Assembly: GCA_963790965.1 (NCBI GenBank)
Contig: CAWBQO010000006.1
Location: forward strand, 1,139,282 to 1,203,281
Length of the DNA stretch: 64,000 nt
Source: an uncultured Bacteroidota bacterium
Lineage (GTDB): Bacteria; Bacteroidota; Rhodothermia; Rhodothermales; DASSAV01
Direction: 5' to 3'
The notes under the pieces were generated by a model. The model had not been told where the DNA came from, ran no database searches, and worked only from the letters and a program-made list of their open reading frames with translations. The stretch's first letter is position 1. Every line of letters starts with the position of its first letter. Shown here one piece after another: positions 31,701 through 39,331 of the stretch. The translations under genes and the position numbers were made by a program.

Positions 31701-32371
31701 TCGGAACGAATAACCGGGGACCTGTGGCAGTCGCGACACCGACCTACTTCGAGGTCTACAATACGACGCTCGGCCGCCCGTCCGACTTCGTTTTTCTGGA
31801 GCCGGCAGCGGCTACGGCCAACGGCCGTTTCGATGATAACGAGTTCATCTTCATTTACGAGACGTTCAACGGCACGCGGACCTCGACGTACGGCGTGCGC
31901 GCTGACGTAGACTTCACGCAGCCGTTCGAGGGTAGCTTCCCGTCTCCGGGCGACGTGTTCAAGATCGCGACCTACAAGCCGTTCAGTCCCAACGACCAGT
32001 ACACCTTCACGACGGCGTCAGCCGGGGTGGACGAGGAACTGGCGGCCAACAGCCTCGACAAGATCAAGGTGGTGCCGAACCCCTACGTCGCCGGAGCGGC
32101 CTGGGAGAAGTCGCTGCCGGTGGGCGCAACGGGCCGGGGCGAGCGCCGCGTGGACTTCATTCACGTTCCCGCGAACGCGAGCATCCGGATCTACAACGTT
32201 CGCGGCGAGCTTGTGCGCGAGCTGTTCCACGACGGCGCGATCGACGACGGCACGGTCTCCTGGAATCTCCGCACGCGCGAAGACCTGGACCTCGCCTTCG
32301 GCGTCTACTTCTACCACGTCGACGTGCCCGGTGTAGGGGAGACGACGGGCAAAATTGCGGTCATTAAGTAA
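28748..32371 (+). CDS. Large secreted protein of unknown function with Asp-rich Ca-binding-like loops and a T9SS-CTD-like tail
   Basis: 1207 aa. Signal peptide ...LPRAEAQ. DxDxDG-type loops (LDDDGDADPF, IDEDLDGVLDEDEN, GIDNDGDWNPLTDDTGADG). C-terminus ...IRIYNVRGELVRELF...GVYFYHVDV...GKIAVIK resembles a Por secretion tail. Confidence 0.7.
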   Translation: MLMKELKREREVRLLASALLALLLSAAFLPRAEAQTRADLPPFIFDSDYYSSRVNEKKAIHDGNEVAITFFNYGLLGGTGEVRGNWPKGSEDFYVGDVLPVVAAEVPIDLDGDGTPDTTVVHAVTTRGPRGNQNSPPGNQSIFWGFEAKPGFASDVRSDGEPNGKPALSTDAETWPDFWPDQPTWMDPATGRAPWNGYFGRGIKNADLESYFWMDDQNDGELQFRYPNFVADTTRPERKGMGLEVKARGMQWSQFLAQDALYFLYEVTNSSTTTYPRVAVGLTVGTLAGGDGDSQDDMAFFDQANRIVYSWDYDNRGNRQQPVGYVGYAFMESPGDDFNGLDDDGDADPFTDLGLNVDKLPFVNPAVAGEGNVFTAADFMPRVLQAGDPLILIDAKTGERSITYMGDGPTTVVSQGITYNLTPGQAIEEATKIIRGQRDEVTVTARNLIDEDLDGVLDEDENLHFNRRQETVEGGVRQIVTVPAVRYVNYVGLANDIRNRTATHEDSVRHGFLNPMIDEAREDGIDNDGDWNPLTDDTGADGAAGTGDRGEGDGKPTPGEPNFDALDVDESDQVGLTSFYYFTPPGALQMNNDNRIWEAMNPGFFTTNAELEAQQAGKGIDGDFIFSSGYFRLEPGQTLRFSMAMVFGQDLVDITNNSKTVQEIYDRNYNFARPPDRPTLYAAEGDGRVTLYWDSIAEQSVDPVLGMDFEGYRLYRSTDPYFKDPAVVTDVFGNRALLAPMIQFDLKNNLSGYWMPSADNNLYERVRGVPFYLGSDTGIRHSYVDTTVQNGRTYYYALNAYDHGSSEFYPAENDRAISVSEDNVVVTGTNVVEVRPNAPAAGYFAGTVSTDVAHASGAATGDVLVEVLNPMMLRENTEYRVIFSGAGVSADSFRVESRDGTVVSKVPIGAYESAIFDGMRVIFRNDGTRLNMDETKWENPDGKVPLFVARNNVSQWRYEGVVAPYDYEIRFKDTVVDTSIGGFRLGTNNRGPVAVATPTYFEVYNTTLGRPSDFVFLEPAAATANGRFDDNEFIFIYETFNGTRTSTYGVRADVDFTQPFEGSFPSPGDVFKIATYKPFSPNDQYTFTTASAGVDEELAANSLDKIKVVPNPYVAGAAWEKSLPVGATGRGERRVDFIHVPANASIRIYNVRGELVRELFHDGAIDDGTVSWNLRTREDLDLAFGVYFYHVDVPGVGETTGKIAVIK

Positions 32372-32379
32372 TCGGCGTT

Positions 32380-32405
32380 CCCGGCGGCGCGCTTCCGCCG
32401 CCGGG
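32380..32405 (+). terminator. GC-rich hairpin (possible terminator/attenuator)
   Basis: CCCGGCGGCG-cgcttc-CGCCGCCGGG, a perfect 10-bp stem 9 nt after the stop. No U-tract follows. Confidence 0.3.
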
Positions 32406-32425
32406 GCCACGGAATAGAGACGAAC

Positions 32426-33442
32426 ATGTTTCAAAAGATCATTCTTCTCGCAGCGGCCGCAGCGTTTCTGCTCGGTCCTGCCTCCGCGCAGGACAAGGTG
32501 GGCACCGTCGCCGCGCCGTTCCTCAACATCGGTGTTGGGGCGCGGGCTACGGCCATGGGCGGCGCGCAGGTCGCCTTCGCCGAGGGTCCGTCGGCGCTCT
32601 ACTGGAACCCCTCCGCCGTTACCGCCATGCAGTCGAGCGGCGTCGAGTTCTCGCACGCCGACTGGTTCATCGACTCGCGGTTCGAGTACCTCGCCGTCGT
32701 GCTCAATGCCGGCAACATGGGGCACATCGGTTTCTCGCTGCTTTCCATGAATTACGGAGAGATCGAGGTTACTTCGGTCGACCGTCCGGAGGGTACGGGC
32801 GAGCAGTTCGTGCCGCAGGACCTCTCCGTCGGCGTCTCCTACGCGCGTGCGCTGACGGACCGGTTCTCCATCGGTGGAACGGCCAAGTTCATCAACCAGA
32901 GCATCTGGAACGAAAGCGCGTCCGGTGCGGCGCTGGACCTTGGCGTTACCTACCTGACCGGCTTCCGCAACCTGCGCATCGGCATGTCGCTGGCCAACTT
33001 TGGAACGACGATGAAGATGGACGGCAAGGACCTGCGCCGCGCCATCGACATCGACCAGAACAACAACGGCAACAATCCCTATCTACCCGCCTACCTGGAG
33101 GTAGACGAATGGGCGCTGCCACTCATGTTCCGCGTCGGTATTGCCATGAACGCCTTTGAGACGAGCAACCAGCGCTTCAGCGTGTCCGCGGATGCCGTGG
33201 CTCCGTCGGACAATGCGCAGAGCGCGAATCTCGGGGCCGAGTACGCTTTCCGCGACCTCTTCTTCCTGCGCGGTGGTTACCGGCAGGCGTTCTCCTCGAT
33301 TTCGGACGATGCCGGTTGGAGCGTCGGCGGCGGCCTTCGCTACAGCGTCAACGACCGCATGGCCGGCTATTTCGACTACACGTTCCGCCAGCACAACCGG
33401 CTCGGCAACCCGCAGATATTCAGCGCGGGCTTTACCTTCTGA
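32426..33442 (+). CDS. PorV/PorQ-family outer-membrane beta-barrel protein
   Basis: 338 aa with a signal peptide. FLNIGVGARATAMGGAQVAFAEGPSALYWNPSA matches the PorV/PorQ N-terminal signature. Terminal F. Confidence 0.7.
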   Translation: MFQKIILLAAAAAFLLGPASAQDKVGTVAAPFLNIGVGARATAMGGAQVAFAEGPSALYWNPSAVTAMQSSGVEFSHADWFIDSRFEYLAVVLNAGNMGHIGFSLLSMNYGEIEVTSVDRPEGTGEQFVPQDLSVGVSYARALTDRFSIGGTAKFINQSIWNESASGAALDLGVTYLTGFRNLRIGMSLANFGTTMKMDGKDLRRAIDIDQNNNGNNPYLPAYLEVDEWALPLMFRVGIAMNAFETSNQRFSVSADAVAPSDNAQSANLGAEYAFRDLFFLRGGYRQAFSSISDDAGWSVGGGLRYSVNDRMAGYFDYTFRQHNRLGNPQIFSAGFTF

Positions 33443-33449
33443 TATCGCA

Positions 33450-33482
33450 GGCGGCGGCTCGCCTTGCGCGCGTGCCGCCGCC
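33450..33482 (+). terminator. Rho-independent terminator candidate
   Basis: GGCGGCGGC-15 nt-GCCGCCGCC followed by gaatccTTTTac. Confidence 0.45.
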
Positions 33483-33622
33483 GAATCCTTTTACTGCCGA
33501 TCAAGACCTACGGCGATGATGACGGATCAAGATCCTATCGGCGGCGCACCATACGGCACTCTCCGGCATAGATCCGGAAGGCACGTAAAAGAAAAACAAT
33601 CAACAACCTAAGAGGCGAAGAA

Positions 33623-35578
33623 ATGAAAAGCGGTACCAGACTGCTTCTCGCGACACTCGCGATGCTCCTGTGGGCAGCCCCCGCATGGGCGCAAAAAAAC
33701 GTCACCTTTCAGGTTGACCTGAATGCGCTTTCGGACGCATGTCAGTTCAATCCTGCGATTGACCGGGTGTTCATGCCGGGTTCCATCAACGGCTGGGACA
33801 CTGCGCAAGGCGAACTCAAGGATGCCGATGGAGACGGCATCTACACGAATACGCTGTCGCTCGCGGAGGGCACGGAAGTGTCGTTCAAGTTTTATCCGAG
33901 CACCCTTGGATGGGAGGACGACCCGAACGGGACATACACCGTCACGGCTGACGCGGACCAAATGGTGCCCGTCGCTACGTACCGTAAGCAGTATGCAAGC
34001 GCTTGCGCTCCGGCAGGACAATCGCTCGTCACGTTCCAGGTGGACATGGGTCCCGCGATGGCCGCGTGCCAGTTCAACCCGGTTCGCGACTCCGTCTTCG
34101 TTCGCGGCTCGCTCAACGAGTGGGGCTTGACCTCACGCGCCCGGGACGCAAACATGGACAGCATCTACACCTACACCGACACGCTCGACGTCGGCTCGAC
34201 GGTCACCTGGAAGTTCTGGGCGACCGGCGGATGGGGCAGCGGCGATGCCGCCTATGAAGGGGACCCCAACCGCAGTTATGCGGTGGTGGACATGCCGCAG
34301 CAGGCCATTCCCGTCGTGCCGATCCGCAAGACGTTTACCGACATCTGCGGTGCTGCCCGTACCGTGTACGACGTGGAGTTCCAGGTTGACATGAGCGTGG
34401 CCAAGCTCAGCCCGGCCTTCAATCCGGAAGAGGGAGACCTCGTGACGGTGTCCGGCAACTTCAATGGCTGGAACACAACAGCCGACACGCTCCAACCCGG
34501 CTTCCTCGAGCCGAATCTGTACACCGGCATCATTCAGACGGACACCATTGCAACTCCGTATGAACTGCTCTACAAGTTCGTCATCCACGAAGGCAATGGC
34601 GGTGCGACGGAAGCTTACGAAAGCGTTCCGAACCGCTCGTTCGTGCTTACAGGGGATGATTCCGACACCGACGGCAACGGAGCGCTCGACGTGACGGTTC
34701 CGTCCACGTACTTCAACAACGTCACCCCGGACCAGGTATTTACGGAAGACGTTCTGGTGACCTATGAAGTGGACCTACGCCCGGCGTACTACTACTTCAA
34801 GGACAACAACGACCTCCCGCGCGATACGCAGACCGGCGAACCCGTCGCAGCCCTCACCGGCGTTTGGATCAACGGCCCTGTTATCGGCGCCTCTGACGGC
34901 CTCGCCGATTGGGCAGGATGGGGACCCGAGAGCCTCGGTTCTCTTGAAACCCGGCAGCTCGTCGACGACGGCTCGAAGGGCGATGTTACGGCCAATGACA
35001 GCGTCTTTACCATCACGCTTGCGTATCCCGCCGGTACGCCGCGCCAGCTCAGCGGCAAGTTCGGTGCTTCCTCGTACGACAATGAGGGCGGCTTCGGTGC
35101 CGACCACGTGTTCATGCTCGCTGCCGACACGACGATCCTGCGCGCTTTTGGCGTGCCGCGTCTCGTCGACGGCCGGTATACGGATGCGCGCGGACCGGCC
35201 AGCTTTGAGCACGCCTATGATCCGTACGTCGTGATCTCGAGCGACAGCATGTCCTACTACGTTGTCCGCAGCGGCGGCATGGCCACGGCCAACGAGAACG
35301 GAAGTGAACTGCCGGAGGTCGTTTCGCTCCAGCAGAACTATCCGAACCCGTTCAGCGGCCGGACGACGTTCACCTACACGCTCGACGCGACGCAGCAGGT
35401 TTCGCTGCGGGTCTTCGACATCACGGGCCGGCAGGTGGCGGTCCTCGTCGACGGCGTGCAGTCGCCGGCGCAGTATGATGTCGCGTTCGAGGCAGGTAGC
35501 CTGCCCAGCGGCGTGTATATGTACCAGCTCCGCACGGCAAGCGGCTCCATCACGAAGCAGATGGTGCTCGTGAAGTAA
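33623..35578 (+). CDS. Secreted protein with four CBM20-like (starch-binding-like) modules and a T9SS type-A sorting domain
   Basis: 651 aa with a signal peptide. Four roughly 100-aa repeats of the type VTFQVD....FNP..D.V.V.GS.N.W. C-terminal LQQNYPNPFSGRTTFTYTL...LPSGVYMYQL...MVLVK. Confidence 0.75.
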   Translation: MKSGTRLLLATLAMLLWAAPAWAQKNVTFQVDLNALSDACQFNPAIDRVFMPGSINGWDTAQGELKDADGDGIYTNTLSLAEGTEVSFKFYPSTLGWEDDPNGTYTVTADADQMVPVATYRKQYASACAPAGQSLVTFQVDMGPAMAACQFNPVRDSVFVRGSLNEWGLTSRARDANMDSIYTYTDTLDVGSTVTWKFWATGGWGSGDAAYEGDPNRSYAVVDMPQQAIPVVPIRKTFTDICGAARTVYDVEFQVDMSVAKLSPAFNPEEGDLVTVSGNFNGWNTTADTLQPGFLEPNLYTGIIQTDTIATPYELLYKFVIHEGNGGATEAYESVPNRSFVLTGDDSDTDGNGALDVTVPSTYFNNVTPDQVFTEDVLVTYEVDLRPAYYYFKDNNDLPRDTQTGEPVAALTGVWINGPVIGASDGLADWAGWGPESLGSLETRQLVDDGSKGDVTANDSVFTITLAYPAGTPRQLSGKFGASSYDNEGGFGADHVFMLAADTTILRAFGVPRLVDGRYTDARGPASFEHAYDPYVVISSDSMSYYVVRSGGMATANENGSELPEVVSLQQNYPNPFSGRTTFTYTLDATQQVSLRVFDITGRQVAVLVDGVQSPAQYDVAFEAGSLPSGVYMYQLRTASGSITKQMVLVK

Positions 35579-35598
35579 AGCCAACCTGAGTGCGCGCT

Positions 35599-35628
35599 CC
35601 CGGCGGTCCGCCCTTACGGGCCGCCGGG
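35599..35628 (+). terminator. GC-rich hairpin (possible terminator)
   Basis: CCCGGCGGtCCGcccttaCGGgCCGCCGGG, 20 nt after the stop. Confidence 0.35.
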
Positions 35629-35769
35629 TAGCCGCGACCAGGATTACTGTCCGTCGTACGGGACCGGCCACTCCGCTCGGGTGGCCGGTCCCATATGGAC
35701 CGGCTCCATGTCCCCGGCAAGGTGTTGTTCGTGCGATGCCGGCGCACGCCCAAGCAGACGCCCAAATCT

Positions 35770-38700
35770 ATGCTGCGCTCTTTCCTCTTTTCGAACCGTT
35801 TCTTTGCGGTCGCCGCCGTGCTGCTCCTCGCCGCCACGAGCGTGCGGGCGCAGGTCGTGACGCACGACCCGGCCTTCCCAACGGAAGCGCAGCCGGTCAC
35901 GATCTACTTTCACGCCAAAGAAGGGACCGGCGGCCTCGCCGGGTACACGGGAGACGTGTACGCGCACACGGGCGTCTTAACGAACCTCAGCACCTCGCTC
36001 GGAGACTGGCGTTACGTCAAGACGAACTGGGGGCAAAACACCCCCGCCACAAAGCTGGAGCGCCTCGCGCCCGACGAGTACAAGCTCACCATCGCCGATG
36101 TACGCGCCTATTACGGGGTGCCGGCGTCCGAAACGATCCAGAAGCTCGCCTTCGTCTTCCGCAGTGGCGTGCAGGTTGGCGGCGCGTACAAGGAAGGCAA
36201 GGCAAAGGACGCCGGCGGCGCGCCCGCCGATATCTTTGTCGATCTCTTTCAGGGCGGAGTCAATGTACGCTTTTCGCAGCCGAGCGTCTCGGCGCTCAAT
36301 CCGATCATTGCCGCGCGTGATACGACGATCGAAGTCGAAGCCGTAGCGTCCGTTGCAGGGGCGTCGCTCGAGAGCCTGCGGCTGCTCGTCGGCGGCGTCG
36401 AGGTTTCCTCAACCGGCGGCGACACGCTCCGCTACAGCCTCCCGCTTACCACGGCGGGGCGCTTTGACGTGCAGGCCATTGCGCGCTCGTCGGACGCGAC
36501 GGCCGATACGGCGTCGTTCTACGCCGTGCGCAACCCGGAGGTCGTGAACTGGCCGCTGCCGGAGAATGTGATCGATGGGATCGGCATGAACGATGCCGAT
36601 CCGACAACGGCGACGCTCTCCTTCTATGCGCCGGGCAAGTCGTTCGCCTATGTCATCGGCTCCTTCAACGACTGGGAGATCGATCCGGCCTTTTTCATGC
36701 ACAAGGACGGCAGCCGGTTCTGGATCACCCTTCACGGGCTCGATCCCGGCCGGGAATACGCCTTCCAGTACTACATCGACGGCAGCCTCCGCATGGCCGA
36801 CCTTTACTCCGAGAAGGTACTCGTGCCCGGAGATGATGCGTACATCACGCCTGAGACGTACCCGGATCTGATGCCGTACCCGGAGAACAAGACCGTCGGC
36901 CCGGTGACCGTTTTTACGACCGGCGAGCCGGACTTTGCTTTCTCCGCCTTCGACGCGCCGCCGCAGTCGAGCCTCGTCATCTACGAGCTGCTCGTCCGCG
37001 ACTTCCTTGCGGCGCACGACTACGAGACGCTGACCGACACGCTCTCGTACCTCGAACGGCTCGGCATCAACGCCATCGAGCTGATGCCGGTGAGCGAATT
37101 CGACGGCAACCTCAGCTGGGGATATAACCCGGACTTCCACCTCGCGGCGGACAAGTACTACGGCTCAGCCGAGAGCCTGAAGTGGTTTGTTGAACAGGCG
37201 CACCGTCGCGGCATCGCCGTCATCCTCGATGTGGTTTATAACCACGCCCACGACGACTCGCCGCTCGTTCGCCTCTACGGCGCTGTCGACGCGAATCCGT
37301 TCATCAACGTGCCGGCGCGGCACCCGTTCAGCGTCTTCCTCGATCTCAACCACGAGAACCCGTACGTGCAGTACTGGCTTGACCGCGCCAACCGGTTCTG
37401 GCTGGAGGAATACAACGTGGACGGCTACCGCTTTGACCTGAGCAAAGGCTTCACGCAGAAGAACACGGGAGACAACGTCGGTGCGTGGGGCGCGTACGAC
37501 GCTTCCCGCGTTGCCATTCTGACCCGTATGGCGGACCGCATCTGGGACGTTGATCCGGAGGCGTACGTCATCCTCGAACACCTCGGCGACAATGCCGAAG
37601 AGCGGGTGCTGGCTGAGTACGGCACCGATAACGGCAAGCCAGGCCTGATGCTCTGGGGCAAAATGACCGACGCCTACAACGAGGCCACCATGGGTTACAA
37701 CAGTTCCGGTGCCTCGAACTTCGCCTATGGCTATTACGGCACGCGCGGCTGGGCGGTGCCGAACCTCGTCACGTACATGGAAAGCCACGACGAGGAGCGC
37801 CTGATGGTCAAGAATCTTGCGTATGGCGCGTGCGCTGCGGCTCCCGCCGGAAGTGCGGTATGCTCCGGCGCATCGAGCGGGTACAGCGCGCGCGACCCGC
37901 GGACGGCGCTCGAAAGGATGAAGATGGCCGGCGCGTTCTTCTTCACCATCCCCGGTCCGAAAATGATCTGGCAGTTCGGCGAGCTGGGTTACGACGTGAG
38001 CATCGACCAGAACGGCCGCACCGGCTCCAAACCAATCCTCTGGCAGTACGCCGAGGATATGCAGCGCAAGCGGCTTTATGACGCATGGGCGGCGATGATC
38101 CACCTGCGCAACGATCATGAGGTCTTCAGCAGCCCGGAGACGCAGGTTACAATGGCGACCACCGGCGCGGTTAAGACGATCCGGCTCGTCCACCCGAGCC
38201 TGAGCGCCGTCATCGTCGGTAACTTCGACGTGCTCCCCCGCGAGGTGACGACCGCCTTCCCGGCGGCGGGTACCTGGTACGACTACTTCAGCGGCTCGCC
38301 GGCAGAGGTCCCGAGCAGTGGTCTTGCGGCGACGCTTGCGCCCGGCGAGTTCCACATCTACCTGAGTGCCTACGTTGCGCCGCCCGAGGGCAACCTGATC
38401 GGCGTAGGGACGGAAGAACGGGCAGCCGAGTTGCCGGGCGGCCTCACGCTCGGGCAAAACTATCCCAATCCGTTCGCGAGCCATACGGTCGTTCCGTACA
38501 CCGTGAGCGCTACGGGCAGCGTGCGATTGGCCGTTTACGACGTGCTCGGAAGGGAAGTCGGCGTGCTCGTCGATGAAGTCGTGGCGGCCGGCGCGCACAC
38601 GGCGCGCTTCAACGCGGACGCGCTTCCGAGCGGAACGTACTTTTACCGCCTTCGCGGAGCCGCCGACGTGCAGACCGGTATCATGACTGTGGCAAGGTAG
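35770..38700 (+). CDS. GH13 alpha-amylase/pullulanase-type enzyme with CBM48-like domain and T9SS sorting domain
   Basis: ATG 35770 gives a signal peptide ...TSVRAQ. GH13 regions IAVILDVVYNH, DGYRFDLSKGF, EHLG and YMESHDEER. C-terminal LGQNYPNPFASHTVVPYTV...LPSGTYFYRL. Confidence 0.85.
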   Translation: MLRSFLFSNRFFAVAAVLLLAATSVRAQVVTHDPAFPTEAQPVTIYFHAKEGTGGLAGYTGDVYAHTGVLTNLSTSLGDWRYVKTNWGQNTPATKLERLAPDEYKLTIADVRAYYGVPASETIQKLAFVFRSGVQVGGAYKEGKAKDAGGAPADIFVDLFQGGVNVRFSQPSVSALNPIIAARDTTIEVEAVASVAGASLESLRLLVGGVEVSSTGGDTLRYSLPLTTAGRFDVQAIARSSDATADTASFYAVRNPEVVNWPLPENVIDGIGMNDADPTTATLSFYAPGKSFAYVIGSFNDWEIDPAFFMHKDGSRFWITLHGLDPGREYAFQYYIDGSLRMADLYSEKVLVPGDDAYITPETYPDLMPYPENKTVGPVTVFTTGEPDFAFSAFDAPPQSSLVIYELLVRDFLAAHDYETLTDTLSYLERLGINAIELMPVSEFDGNLSWGYNPDFHLAADKYYGSAESLKWFVEQAHRRGIAVILDVVYNHAHDDSPLVRLYGAVDANPFINVPARHPFSVFLDLNHENPYVQYWLDRANRFWLEEYNVDGYRFDLSKGFTQKNTGDNVGAWGAYDASRVAILTRMADRIWDVDPEAYVILEHLGDNAEERVLAEYGTDNGKPGLMLWGKMTDAYNEATMGYNSSGASNFAYGYYGTRGWAVPNLVTYMESHDEERLMVKNLAYGACAAAPAGSAVCSGASSGYSARDPRTALERMKMAGAFFFTIPGPKMIWQFGELGYDVSIDQNGRTGSKPILWQYAEDMQRKRLYDAWAAMIHLRNDHEVFSSPETQVTMATTGAVKTIRLVHPSLSAVIVGNFDVLPREVTTAFPAAGTWYDYFSGSPAEVPSSGLAATLAPGEFHIYLSAYVAPPEGNLIGVGTEERAAELPGGLTLGQNYPNPFASHTVVPYTVSATGSVRLAVYDVLGREVGVLVDEVVAAGAHTARFNADALPSGTYFYRLRGAADVQTGIMTVAR

Positions 38701-38724
38701 GACCAACCATCGTGAGGCGGCTCC

Positions 38725-39318
38725 ATGTATCCGACAGGCGAGAAACGCGGCACTTCCGCTGACCCTATCATTCGCGAGAATACGAAAGAGTGGACCTATG
38801 ACGACCTGCGCGATTTACCGGAAAGCCACGACCAGATCGAGATATTAGACGGAGTGCTTTATATGTCGCCCTCTGCGCATATGCGCCATCATCAGCGCGT
38901 GATTTCAAAGCTTTTCGGCAAGCTGCATAACTGGGCTGATGGGCAGGGAGCCGGCGAGGTTTACACGGCGGCTACCGATGTGGTGTTTGCACACCGCCGC
39001 GTGCTGCAGCCCGATCTGTTCTTTATATCCAAGGATCGTCTGGACGAGATCGGGGCCTTCTTCCCGGGACCGCCGGATATGGTTGTGGAAGTCTTGTCTC
39101 CTTCCAGTGTCCAGTATGACCGGCGGCAGAAGTACGCCATCTACGAGCAGTCCGGCGTGCGCGAGTACTGGATCGTGGATCCGGAGGAGCAGGAAGTGGA
39201 AGTCTTTGTTTTAAAAGAAGAGCGCTATGAAAGGCTCGGGAAGTGGGGCCGTGGCGCGTCGGCCCGGTCTGTAGTGCTCGACGGGTTTACCGTGGCGGTA
39301 GACGAACTGTTTAAATAG
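38725..39318 (+). CDS. Uma2-family (DUF820) putative endonuclease
   Basis: 197 aa. ...QPDLFFISKDRL...PPDMVVEVLSPSS...DRRQKYAIYEQSGVREYWIVDP (PD-(D/E)xK-like Uma2 signature). Confidence 0.8.
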   Translation: MYPTGEKRGTSADPIIRENTKEWTYDDLRDLPESHDQIEILDGVLYMSPSAHMRHHQRVISKLFGKLHNWADGQGAGEVYTAATDVVFAHRRVLQPDLFFISKDRLDEIGAFFPGPPDMVVEVLSPSSVQYDRRQKYAIYEQSGVREYWIVDPEEQEVEVFVLKEERYERLGKWGRGASARSVVLDGFTVAVDELFK

Positions 39319-39331
39319 ACCCTTTCTCCAG

